Source of the DNA: Candidatus Omnitrophota bacterium
GTDB lineage: Bacteria; Omnitrophota; Gorgyraeia; Zapsychrales; Fredricksoniimonadaceae
Reading direction: 5' to 3'
NCBI GenBank assembly: GCA_028870995.1
Contig: JAGWOI010000001.1
Coordinates: 100,782-164,781 of the forward strand
DNA: 64,000 nt
Below the pieces are notes generated by a model. The model did not search any database and was not told the DNA's origin. It worked only from the letters and a program-made list of their open reading frames with translations. The translations under genes and the position numbers were made by a program. Shown here in pieces: positions 10,015 to 19,021 of this stretch (the first letter of the stretch is position 1; every line of letters begins with the position of its first letter).

Positions 10015-11511
10015 ATGGACAAACGGCATAGCGGGATCCTGTTGCACATCACGTCCCTGCCGTCGCAGTACGGCATCGGTGACATGGGGCCTTTTGCCCA
10101 CGCTTTCGTTGATTTTGCGGCCTCCAGCGGACAGGCGTACTGGCAGATCCTGCCGGTCAACCCCACGGACGGCATCAACGGCTATTCGCCCTACAGCTGC
10201 TACTCGGCCTTTGCCGGCAATCCGCTATTGATAAGCCCTGAGCTGATGGTGATGGAAAATTTCCTGTCAGCCTCCGATGCGGACGGGTCCATGTTTGCCG
10301 TCGATGAGCGGGTTGACTATCCCAAGGTGGTCCGTTTTAAAGAAAAAATATTTAATGCCGCCTACCGCCGTTTTCAAAAGAGGACCGACCGCCGGGATTT
10401 TGACCAGTTCGTAGAGCAGGAGCATTACTGGTTGGAAGATTTTGCCCTGTTTACCGTGATCAAATCAGTGCATGGAGGCCTCTGCTGGAACGAATGGCCC
10501 GGGAGTTTGAAAAACCGGCAGGCGCGGGCCCTTAAGCTGTTTAGGACTAAACATGCGGCCCAACTGGAGCGGGTTAAATTCATCCAGTACCTGTTTTTCC
10601 GCCAATGGGCCAAACTTAAAAGATATGCCAACAGCAGGAAGGTATCCATCATCGGTGACATACCCATTTACGTCAACTATGACAGCGCGGATGTCTGGTG
10701 TCACCCGTCCTTTTTTAAAATCGACCACGAGGGGCATTTGAAGTTCATCAGCGGCTGCCCGCCGGATTATTTTTCCAGGACAGGGCAGCGCTGGGGCAAT
10801 CCGGTTTATGATTGGGCGCAGTTGAAAAAAAGCAAATACAGCTGGTGGGTCGAGCGCATCAACCATGATCTACAGATGTTCGATTACCTGCGCATCGACC
10901 ATTTCCGGGGATTTGAGGGCTTTTGGCAGATCCCCGCTCACGAAAAATTGGCGGTGTTCGGCCGCTGGGTCAAGGGGCCGGGAGCACCCTTTTTCAAAGT
11001 GTTGACCGGGCAGTTCAAACACTTGCCTCTCATCGCCGAGGACCTGGGGGAGATCACGCCCGATGTCGTCGAGCTTATGAAAAAGTTCGGATTTCCCGGC
11101 ATGCGGGTCATGCTGTTTGGTTTTAACGGGGAGATGGATTCCAACCCGCACGTGCCCGTCAATTATCCGGTCCACTGTGTGGCGTATACCGGGACCCATG
11201 ACAATAACACCATCCAGGGCTGGTATTTTCAGGAGGCCAAGCCCTACGAGAAGGCCAACATCGTCAAGGTCCTGCAAAGAAAATTTACTCCCAAGAACCT
11301 GCATTGGGCCATGATCGAGGTCTTGATGCGTTCCAAGGCGCAGACCGCGATCGTCCCCATGCCTGATTTCCTCGGGCTCCGGCAGGAGGCGCGCATGAAC
11401 ACGCCCGCCACCAAATCCAATAACTGGCAATGGAGGATGAGGGCCGGCGTGATGACATCCAAATTAAGCCAACAGATACGGCGCCTGACCAAAAGGTCAG
11501 GCCGACTGTAA
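10015..11511 (+). CDS. malQ: 4-alpha-glucanotransferase (amylomaltase, GH77)
   Basis: GILLHITSLP, WQILP, RIDHFRG, IAEDLG, YTGTHDNNT, RMNTP. Confidence 0.96.
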   Translation: MDKRHSGILLHITSLPSQYGIGDMGPFAHAFVDFAASSGQAYWQILPVNPTDGINGYSPYSCYSAFAGNPLLISPELMVMENFLSASDADGSMFAVDERVDYPKVVRFKEKIFNAAYRRFQKRTDRRDFDQFVEQEHYWLEDFALFTVIKSVHGGLCWNEWPGSLKNRQARALKLFRTKHAAQLERVKFIQYLFFRQWAKLKRYANSRKVSIIGDIPIYVNYDSADVWCHPSFFKIDHEGHLKFISGCPPDYFSRTGQRWGNPVYDWAQLKKSKYSWWVERINHDLQMFDYLRIDHFRGFEGFWQIPAHEKLAVFGRWVKGPGAPFFKVLTGQFKHLPLIAEDLGEITPDVVELMKKFGFPGMRVMLFGFNGEMDSNPHVPVNYPVHCVAYTGTHDNNTIQGWYFQEAKPYEKANIVKVLQRKFTPKNLHWAMIEVLMRSKAQTAIVPMPDFLGLRQEARMNTPATKSNNWQWRMRAGVMTSKLSQQIRRLTKRSGRL

Positions 11512-11527
11512 AGAAAGGCGGGTAAGC

Positions 11528-12139
11528 ATGAAGAAATGGCAGTTGACTTTGGGATTGGTGGTGGTTTTGGTGGGCGCTGTCGTCGGCGCAAAAATTCTCC
11601 TGGCGCCCAAGCAGGCCGTCATTAATCCTCAGGATGCGCGCGCCAAAGGAAATCCGCATGCCAGGGTCAAGATTGTGGAGTTTGTTGATTTCCAATGCCC
11701 GGCCTGTGCCTGGGGGATCGAATATTTAAAGACTCTGTTTGCCCGGCATCCCAATGACCTTTATATCCAGGTGCGGTATTTCCCCCTGACCAGCCTGCAT
11801 CGCCATGCGCTGATCAGCGCCTTGTACAGTGAGTGCGCCGCGCGCCAGGGCAAATTTTGGGCCCTGGATGAGTTGATGATCCCCCAGCAAAGCCAGTGGG
11901 CGCCGCTGATCAACCCGCAGCCTGTTTTTGATGCCATGGCCCGGCAAATAGGCATGGACATGGGCCAGTTGAACAGCTGCCTGGGGTCGGAAGACGCGCG
12001 CAAGGTCATTAACGACGAGAAATCCATGGGGCAGTCCTTAGGCATCGCCTCCACACCAACGTATTTCATCAATAACAAGATGGTGGTGGGTACCAAGAGT
12101 CTGCAGGAGGAGATGAAGACCTATTTTCCCAAAGGTTAG
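11528..12139 (+). CDS. DsbA/Com1-like thioredoxin-fold protein
   Basis: N-terminal anchor, EFVDFQCPAC active site, cis-Pro motif STPTYFIN. Confidence 0.88.
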   Translation: MKKWQLTLGLVVVLVGAVVGAKILLAPKQAVINPQDARAKGNPHARVKIVEFVDFQCPACAWGIEYLKTLFARHPNDLYIQVRYFPLTSLHRHALISALYSECAARQGKFWALDELMIPQQSQWAPLINPQPVFDAMARQIGMDMGQLNSCLGSEDARKVINDEKSMGQSLGIASTPTYFINNKMVVGTKSLQEEMKTYFPKG

Positions 12140-12153
12140 CGGAGGGAACGAAT

Positions 12154-12588
12154 ATGTGGCTCCTTCGAATTTTTATCGGCGCTATTTTTATCGTTTCCGG
12201 TTTAGGCAAACTTCTTAGTCCCTACCAGAATTTTTTGTACGTGATCCAGGCCTACCAGCTTTTGCCGTCAGGGCTTGAGGTCTTAGCGGCCCAGGTTTTT
12301 CCCTGGATAGAACTGATCGTCGGGACCTTTGTCTTCCTGGGACTTTGGACGCGGCCAAGTTTGAGAGCGGCCGTTGTGTTATTCGGCGCCTTCGTGGTCG
12401 TGGTGGGCCAGGCGCTTTTAAGGCATTTGTCGTTGGATAACTGCGGCTGCTTTGGGGAGTGGTTCCATTTAAGGCCGCAGACCGTTATCGTCATGGACAG
12501 CGTGAGTCTATTGCTGACCATGGCGTTGTTGAGCGCCTTGCCGCAAACGAAAAAATTCAGCCTTGACTTTTATATGGACAGGGTATGA
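12154..12588 (+). CDS. MauE/DoxX family membrane protein
   Basis: LRIFIGAIFIVSGLGK, PWIEL, NCGCFG motifs. Confidence 0.85.
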   Translation: MWLLRIFIGAIFIVSGLGKLLSPYQNFLYVIQAYQLLPSGLEVLAAQVFPWIELIVGTFVFLGLWTRPSLRAAVVLFGAFVVVVGQALLRHLSLDNCGCFGEWFHLRPQTVIVMDSVSLLLTMALLSALPQTKKFSLDFYMDRV

Positions 12589-14054
12589 AAAGGATCATTT
12601 TTTGGGCGTCGGCGCTGTTGCTTTGGGCCGTGCCTTCCTGGAGTGCTATGGTTAAAGAACCCAATGTGGCCGGGGCCTTTTACAGTGCCGATCCCAAAGA
12701 ACTTTCGGATGATATCGATCGTCTCTTGCGATCAGCGTCTTCAGCCCCGACCGACCGCAGGGTCCAGATCGCCGTGGCCCCGCATGCCGGTTACCCCTAC
12801 TCCGGTCCGGTGGCGGCCTACACCTACAAGGCCGTCAGCCGCAACCATTACAGCACCATTGTGGTCATCGGGCCCAGCCATTTTTTCCCCTTTGAAGGGA
12901 TTTCGGTCTGGCCTGAGGGGGGATTCAAGACGCCGCTGGGAGTTGTCGGGGTGGACGACGTTTTCGCCAAGAACTTATTGAAAGAAAACCCGAAAGAATT
13001 CCATTTCCTGCCCCATGTTTTTGAGCGCGAGCATTCCGTTGAGGTGCAGCTGCCGTTCTTGCAGAAAACCTTCAAGAATTTCCGTATAGTCCCCATTTTG
13101 ATGGGCGATCCCGATCCCAAGGTGTGCAAAGACCTGGCCCTGGCCTTGATCAAGCTGATAGGGGAGCGCCAGGACGTGTTGATCCTGATATCCTCGGACA
13201 TGTCGCATTATTACACCTATGATGAAGCCAACCGCATGGATGCGCTGACCCTGCAGACCATCCTGAATGGGGACATTGAAAAATTTTTTGAGGGAAATCT
13301 TACCCGCAAGATGGAAATGTGCGGGTTTGTGCCCATGACCACGGCCATGATGTACGCGAAATTGCGCGGCATCAAGCACGTACAGGTGCTGATGCACGCC
13401 AATTCCGGGGACACCTCCGGCGATAAAAGCCGGGTCGTGGGCTACGGATCGCTGATTTTTTATACTGATTTGTTGGGCGCCGGCGATCCGCCGGATGCAG
13501 GCATCGCGTCCTTAAGCCAGGGCCAAAAGCAGGAGCTTTTAAAGATAGCCCGCGATACCGTGGAGAAATACGTTCGGACCGGCAAGGTGCCTGATTTTTC
13601 CGTCAATGACCCGCGGCTTGAAAAGGCGGAAGGGGCCTTTGTGACCCTCACCAAGCACGGAGAATTGCGGGGCTGCATCGGCAATATCATCGGCCGCCAG
13701 CCTTTGTACAAGACCGTGCGCGACATGGCCGTGGCCGCGGCTTCCCAGGACCCGCGTTTTACGCCGGTGACGGCCGCAGAATTAAAGGATATCCATATTG
13801 AAATTTCCGTATTGTCCGAGCCCCGGAGGGTTAGGGATGCCTCGCAGATCCAATTAGGCAAGGACGGTGTCATCGTCAGCCGCGGCGGCCGCCAGGGCGT
13901 GTTCCTGCCGCAGGTGGCCCAGGAGACCGGGTGGAGCAAGGAAGAGTTCCTTTCCCAATTATGCGCCCAAAAGGCCGGCCTGCCGCCGGATGCCTGGAAA
14001 GACCCGGCCACGGCCCTGTTCGTCTTTACCGCCGACGTTTTTGCGGAAAAATAA
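12585..14054 (+). CDS. Fused AmmeMemoRadiSam protein B (Memo) and protein A (AMMECR1) with signal peptide
   Basis: AGAFY, PHAGYPYSG, EHSVEVQLPFLQ, SSDMSHY (Memo); GAFVTL, LRGCIG, DPRF, FLPQV (AMMECR1); N-terminal signal peptide. Confidence 0.9.
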   Translation: MKRIIFWASALLLWAVPSWSAMVKEPNVAGAFYSADPKELSDDIDRLLRSASSAPTDRRVQIAVAPHAGYPYSGPVAAYTYKAVSRNHYSTIVVIGPSHFFPFEGISVWPEGGFKTPLGVVGVDDVFAKNLLKENPKEFHFLPHVFEREHSVEVQLPFLQKTFKNFRIVPILMGDPDPKVCKDLALALIKLIGERQDVLILISSDMSHYYTYDEANRMDALTLQTILNGDIEKFFEGNLTRKMEMCGFVPMTTAMMYAKLRGIKHVQVLMHANSGDTSGDKSRVVGYGSLIFYTDLLGAGDPPDAGIASLSQGQKQELLKIARDTVEKYVRTGKVPDFSVNDPRLEKAEGAFVTLTKHGELRGCIGNIIGRQPLYKTVRDMAVAAASQDPRFTPVTAAELKDIHIEISVLSEPRRVRDASQIQLGKDGVIVSRGGRQGVFLPQVAQETGWSKEEFLSQLCAQKAGLPPDAWKDPATALFVFTADVFAEK

Positions 14055-14506
14055 TGAAAATCCAACTGCGCAACACCTTCATTTCCATCTTCGTCGTCGT
14101 GTGGCTGGCGGTCTTTTATTATGAATCCACCTGCGAATATTATTGGCAGCCGCTGCTGCAGCGCTCACTGCCGAGGATGAAATTTCTCTTCCCGCCCGCG
14201 GGGTGGGTCATGTTTTATAACATTGGCGATGATTTCGGATATGCGCAAGTCTACGGGGTCAAGGATGGGGAGCCGCAAGCCATCGATCCCCACCAGATTT
14301 TACGGACCAGGGCCATCGGCTATGATAATATCCACCGCAACGCGTTGATCTCCGTCCTGGAGCCGGGGGTGTCGGATTCCTTTTGCCCGTATCTTAAGCG
14401 GCGCTTTCCCTATTTCGATAAGTTTATTGTCAGTTATGTTGATTACCCGCATTTGACCAAACAGCCTTGGGCTAGAACGGAGACGGTGGCTTATGAATGT
14501 GACTGA
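14054..14506 (+). CDS. Hypothetical membrane-anchored protein, probable HTTM partner (SdpA/DUF5819-like)
   Basis: ATG at 14054 overlaps the upstream TAA; one N-terminal TM helix then a GWVMFY motif; family assignment is inference. Confidence 0.55.
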   Translation: MKIQLRNTFISIFVVVWLAVFYYESTCEYYWQPLLQRSLPRMKFLFPPAGWVMFYNIGDDFGYAQVYGVKDGEPQAIDPHQILRTRAIGYDNIHRNALISVLEPGVSDSFCPYLKRRFPYFDKFIVSYVDYPHLTKQPWARTETVAYECD

Positions 14507-14885
14507 CCACAACACCAAGAATGCCAGCGATCATATGGCCAATGAACGGACATTCCTGTCCTGGATCAGGACAAGCATCGGGATCATTGCCTTCGGGTTC
14601 GTCATCGAACGTTTCGCCCTGTTCATGAAGCAGATGACGGTGATCTTGGGAAAGACAACGATACCCATCCATATTCAGCCTATCGGATACTCCAATAAGA
14701 CCGGTATTATCCTTGTCTTTGCCGGGACCCTGATGAGCCTCCTGGCGTTCATCCAATTTAAGATCTCAAAAAAGCGTATTGATGAGGGCAGCTACCGGCC
14801 GTCCTCGCTGCTGTATTTGCTGGTGACGGTGCTGGTGGTCCTGGTGGGGTCGTTTATGGTCATCTTCTTAAGTGCGGTTTCGTAA
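14493..14885 (+). CDS. DUF202/YidH family membrane protein
   Basis: DHMANERTFLSWIRT signature; three TM helices. Confidence 0.9.
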   Translation: MNVTDHNTKNASDHMANERTFLSWIRTSIGIIAFGFVIERFALFMKQMTVILGKTTIPIHIQPIGYSNKTGIILVFAGTLMSLLAFIQFKISKKRIDEGSYRPSSLLYLLVTVLVVLVGSFMVIFLSAVS

Positions 14886-14894
14886 TGCATGGAT

Positions 14895-15066
14895 GGCTGG
14901 CCGCTATTAGTTCTTTCGAAACGGGGATATTTTGGCCGTCTGCTTCGGTTTACGACAAAAATTTTCTAAAGCATCCTCAGTACATTTGGAAAATTTTTGT
15001 CGTAAAGCCTCGCAGACATTTGGCCAAAAATCCCTGAATGTTTCGAAGACCTAATAGCGACCAGCC
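14895..15066. repeat. Long imperfect inverted repeat (~170 nt rod-like hairpin)
   Basis: GGCTGG..CCAGCC ends, CGCTATTAG/CTAATAGCG, perfect 18-bp TTTACGACAAAAATTTTC (14949-14966) / GAAAATTTTTGTCGTAAA (14989-15006). Confidence 0.9.
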
Positions 15067-15088
15067 TTAGCAAACTCAGGAGAGCGAC

Positions 15089-15970
15089 ATGGTGCTATGG
15101 AAAATAGCTTGTCAGGAAGATAAATATCCTGGGATGTGGCAAAGGTGGTTTAAAAATCAATGTGTTGCCGTTGGTTGGGCAAGTGCGTGGGGGTACAAGC
15201 TTCATGGGCCAACAAAAGGTGGCAAGGGATGGAATGTTGCAAGAAATATAATTAAAGAAATGAATGTGGGTGACATGGTAATCGTGGCATTAAAAAATAA
15301 ACGTATTGGACGTTTAGGTCAAATAGTTGGAAAGGCTATTGAAGACGACAAATGGGATCCACTTGTACCACCTGGTCCTAAGTTGCCTGATGGAGAAATG
15401 GGCCGTAGAATATTTGTAAGATGGGAGTTAACAACAGGTCCTTCTGATGGTGATTTGGTTGTTAAATTACCTCCATCAAATAGGCTCAACCCTGGGGAAT
15501 TTCGTCCAACAGCAGCGAGAATTTGTTCTCAAACTGTCGATCAAATACGATCTGTAATGAATGATACAAGTAATTGGGTTGGTTTGTCTGGTAAATTTGG
15601 ATACGAAAAAGCATTATCTGATTATATAGCTAGTTATCCTGGTCGTCTGGAGGATGGTTTACTTCCTCATCCCAATTTACGTATTAGAGAGTTAGTTTTT
15701 AAAGATAAGACACGGTCGGATGTTTTGCTTATTGATAGAAATGATAATCCTGTAATTGTCGAATGCAAGCAGAACGGACCGGTTTTGAAAGACATTAGGC
15801 AACTCCGTCATTATCTCGATTGCCTGCAAGCTGAGACAGGACAGAAAGCAAGAGGAATTCTTGTTCATGGGGGGGCTAAAAAAGTTTCGAATGAAATAGT
15901 TAATGAATTAAAAAAGAGGCCTCGTATAGAAATAGTCAATTATCGACTTAATGTCAATTTTGATTGGTAG
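15089..15970 (+). CDS. Putative endonuclease: EVE/PUA-like N-terminal domain plus NucS-like PD-(D/E)xK C-terminal domain
   Basis: EKALSDYI, RSDVLLIDRNDNPVIVECK, QLRHY, RGILV; AT-rich relative to neighbours. Confidence 0.72.
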   Translation: MVLWKIACQEDKYPGMWQRWFKNQCVAVGWASAWGYKLHGPTKGGKGWNVARNIIKEMNVGDMVIVALKNKRIGRLGQIVGKAIEDDKWDPLVPPGPKLPDGEMGRRIFVRWELTTGPSDGDLVVKLPPSNRLNPGEFRPTAARICSQTVDQIRSVMNDTSNWVGLSGKFGYEKALSDYIASYPGRLEDGLLPHPNLRIRELVFKDKTRSDVLLIDRNDNPVIVECKQNGPVLKDIRQLRHYLDCLQAETGQKARGILVHGGAKKVSNEIVNELKKRPRIEIVNYRLNVNFDW

Positions 15971-16073
15971 AAATAAGATAAATTTTTTCTTTGAGCGACG
16001 CTGTTGCGTTTTGGTCGATTTATGTGGATGAATGGGCGAGACTTTCAAAGGCGAGCCATAATGGCAGGATGAT

Positions 16074-17309
16074 ATGAGTAAAATCTGGAACAGATTATTC
16101 TTGGAAGAACGGCCGTCGATCGGCCTGTCGTTCTTCCGCATTTTTGCGGCCTGGACCGTGGGGCTGCATGTGATCCCGTCGTTTTTTCACCTGGGCGACA
16201 ATTACCTGCACACCGCTTTCAAGACCTTGAACACGGATTTCTTTCCCGTGTGGTTTGTGGACCTGGTGCAGAAAAGCCCGGACGCTCTGGTCTATTTCTT
16301 TGTCGCTGCTTTCTGCATCACCTGGCTTTTCTTTCTTGCCGGCCTGTTCTCCCAGATGAGCTGTATCCTGATGACCGCCTGCTGCTACTATTTCTACGCG
16401 CTGAATGATTTTCAGATCGGCACTTTGTCCTGGGACATTTTGCTCGTGACCTTATTCTTGATGTGCATCACCGGCTACCACGGCGATTATTTTTCTATTG
16501 ATGCCCTGCGCCGGGGGGATTTGGAGGCCTGGCGCCGGCCCAGGCCTTTTTTCATCCAGCGTCTTTTACAGTTGCAGATCGCTTCGACATTCTTCTTCAC
16601 CGGCCTTTACAAAATCACGGGGCCGGGCAACTGGATCACCGGCAATCCTATTTATTATCTGATGAACTATCCGGTACAAGGGGTGACCAAGAACTTCCTG
16701 TTGAAGGAGTGGATGGCCGTCCATCCCCATTTTTGTTATATCATCGGGCTGCTGGTGGTCACCACCGAAATGTCCATGCCATTCCTGCTTTTTGACCCGC
16801 GCACCCGACGGGGAGCGATCATCCTGGGATTTTGTTGGCATGTCCTGTTGATCTTGATGCTGGATGTGCCGGCAATATTCTTGTTTTTATTCCCGGCCCA
16901 GCTCATGCTTTTTATCCATCCACAAAGAATAACCGATTGGATCGAATCCAAGCGCCGCCTCAATGCCCTAGCCCCAAGAGCGAAAGTAATTTACGATGCC
17001 GGCTGCGGGTTCTGTCGTTCCAGCATCAGAGCGATCCAGGTGATGGACCTATGGGGCAAACTTGAATACATTCCGGGCCCCGGAGACTTGAAGGAAACGC
17101 GCCTGGAGCTGCCCGGCGGCAGGACCTACGGCGGTTTTTTTGCCTTCCGGCATTTATCATGGAACTGCCCGATGCTTTATCCTTTGATCCCCGTCATTTA
17201 TTTTCCAGGCGCCGGGATCATAGGGCCCCTGGTTTACCGCTGGGTGGCGCGTAACCGTTATTTGTTCCCGGTGTTTCATACCTGTGCCGACGGCAGGTGC
17301 CGCTTATGA
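16074..17309 (+). CDS. HTTM-domain membrane protein fused to a DCC1-like thiol-disulfide oxidoreductase
   Basis: SIDA, LLQLQIA..FF.TGLYK..G..W..G (HTTM); IYDAGCGFC and YRWVARNRY (DCC1/DUF393). Confidence 0.85.
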   Translation: MSKIWNRLFLEERPSIGLSFFRIFAAWTVGLHVIPSFFHLGDNYLHTAFKTLNTDFFPVWFVDLVQKSPDALVYFFVAAFCITWLFFLAGLFSQMSCILMTACCYYFYALNDFQIGTLSWDILLVTLFLMCITGYHGDYFSIDALRRGDLEAWRRPRPFFIQRLLQLQIASTFFFTGLYKITGPGNWITGNPIYYLMNYPVQGVTKNFLLKEWMAVHPHFCYIIGLLVVTTEMSMPFLLFDPRTRRGAIILGFCWHVLLILMLDVPAIFLFLFPAQLMLFIHPQRITDWIESKRRLNALAPRAKVIYDAGCGFCRSSIRAIQVMDLWGKLEYIPGPGDLKETRLELPGGRTYGGFFAFRHLSWNCPMLYPLIPVIYFPGAGIIGPLVYRWVARNRYLFPVFHTCADGRCRL

Positions 17310-18418
17310 TTCCGGCCAGCCTTATTCCGCGTGCCATTTGGCTGCATACCCTGATCATCATCGTCATCGGCCTGCTGGCGTTGTACAGCGCTTCCTATAA
17401 CAATGATGTGGTGGGCATGGGCGTCTTTTATGATCAACTTTCCTGCGCCTTATTGGGTATTCTCATCATGTTTGTGTTAAGCCGGGGGGATTATCGCAAG
17501 TTTTTTGACGTGGCTTATCCTGTTTATGGGATCAGCGTTTTTTTCCTGTTCCTGGTTTTGGTCATGGGCCGTCATGCCCTGGGCGCAACGCGGTGGTTCT
17601 CTGTCGGCGGTGTCAGCTTCCAGCCCTCGGAATTCAGCAAGCTGGCCGTTATCTTTTTTTTGGGCCGTTATTTTTCCCAGCGCCGGCCCAAATTGTCCTT
17701 TGACGTCTCCACACCGCTGCGCGACATTTGGGGGGACCTGATTTGGCCGCTGGTCCTGACCTTGATCTCCGTGGGACTTATTTTTAAGCAGCCTGATTTG
17801 GGCACCGCGATCCTGGTCATGGGCATTTTCATGGTCATGCTGTATGCCAGCGGCATACCTTGGAAGGTTTTTGCCGCGCTCTTGGGGCTGCTTGGCTTAA
17901 TGATGCCCCTGGCCTGGCATGTGCTTAAACCCTATCAGAAAGACCGGCTGCTGGTCTTTCTTGATCCCAGCCACGATCCTTTGGGGGCCGGTTATACCAT
18001 CACCCAATCCAAGATCGCGGTCGGCTCCGGGGAGCTTTTAGGCAAGGGCTGGCTTTCCGGCACCCAGAGCCAGTTGAATTTCCTGCCGGAGAGGCATACG
18101 GACTTTATTTTTTCCGTCATAGGAGAAGAGTGGGGCCTGGTGGGGAGCCTCATTTTGATCTATTGTTATACGGTCATCATTTATTGCGGCTTTAAGATCG
18201 CCAGGCACAATAAAGACCCGTTCGGCCAGCTGGTGACCATCGGCATTGTCAGCATCCTGGCCATGCAGGTGGTCATCAATATCGGCATGGTCATGGGGCT
18301 TTTGCCGGTGGTGGGCATCACCCTGCCTTTGATCAGCTACGGCCGCACGTCCTTCATGGTTTTTGTCATCCTGATCGGATTTTTGTTGAATTTGAGCCGT
18401 AAAAGGGCTATTTTTTAG
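17306..18418 (+). CDS. rodA: Rod shape-determining protein RodA (SEDS family)
   Basis: GATRW, FQPSEFSK, QPDLGTA, YQKDR, QSKIAVGSG, LPERHTDFIF, LPLISYG; ATGA overlap at 17306. Confidence 0.93.
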   Translation: MIPASLIPRAIWLHTLIIIVIGLLALYSASYNNDVVGMGVFYDQLSCALLGILIMFVLSRGDYRKFFDVAYPVYGISVFFLFLVLVMGRHALGATRWFSVGGVSFQPSEFSKLAVIFFLGRYFSQRRPKLSFDVSTPLRDIWGDLIWPLVLTLISVGLIFKQPDLGTAILVMGIFMVMLYASGIPWKVFAALLGLLGLMMPLAWHVLKPYQKDRLLVFLDPSHDPLGAGYTITQSKIAVGSGELLGKGWLSGTQSQLNFLPERHTDFIFSVIGEEWGLVGSLILIYCYTVIIYCGFKIARHNKDPFGQLVTIGIVSILAMQVVINIGMVMGLLPVVGITLPLISYGRTSFMVFVILIGFLLNLSRKRAIF

Positions 18419-18523
18419 AAAACCAAACTGGACAATAATTGGTGTAATCGGTATAGTAAAGATATGGCCGCTTTTGCTACAATAAAAAATTAAGGAAAGC
18501 GGCGACTTATAGGAGTCCTCGGT

Positions 18524-19021
18524 ATGGAGAGGACACTTCGAATCAGTGGAAAAGCTAGTGGAATTTATTGGATGAGACATTTCCGTAAAACCGTCAACAA
18601 GCAGCTGGGAGAGATACTGGTCGAGCGCGGCGTGCTTTCCAAAGCCAAGCTCGAAGAAGTGCTGGCTTTTCAGAAGGAAAAGAATGTTTTATTCGGCGAG
18701 GCCCTGGTGACGATGAAGCTGGGCACCGAAGAGGATGTGGTGCAGGCCCTGACCTGCCAGTACGGCTTTCCTTATTTGCCTTTAGCCAATTATGAGATCG
18801 CCCCCGAGGTTGTGGCCACGGTGCCCCTCGAGCTGTGCAAACAGTATTGCCTTGTTCCCATCGATAAGATCGGCCGCAGTTTGACTTTGGCCATGGCCAA
18901 TCCCTTGAATGTCCAGGCCTTAGAAGAGGTTGAAAAAGCCACCAGCTGCTCGGTGCAGGCCTTTGTCAGCACGGCTACGGAAATTACCAGTGCCGTCAAC
19001 CGTTACTACGAAACGCGCTGA
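18524..19021 (+). CDS. Stand-alone MshEN/PilB N-terminal domain protein
   Basis: QLGEILVERGVLSKAKLEEVLAFQ tandem motif and LAMANPL; no ATPase domain; AGGAG RBS (alternative start 18572). Confidence 0.82.
   Translation: MERTLRISGKASGIYWMRHFRKTVNKQLGEILVERGVLSKAKLEEVLAFQKEKNVLFGEALVTMKLGTEEDVVQALTCQYGFPYLPLANYEIAPEVVATVPLELCKQYCLVPIDKIGRSLTLAMANPLNVQALEEVEKATSCSVQAFVSTATEITSAVNRYYETR

Noticed and set aside
14895-15066. Integron attC site
   Set aside because: It lacks RYYYAAC/GTTRRRY termini and there is no integrase; kept only as an unexplained hairpin.
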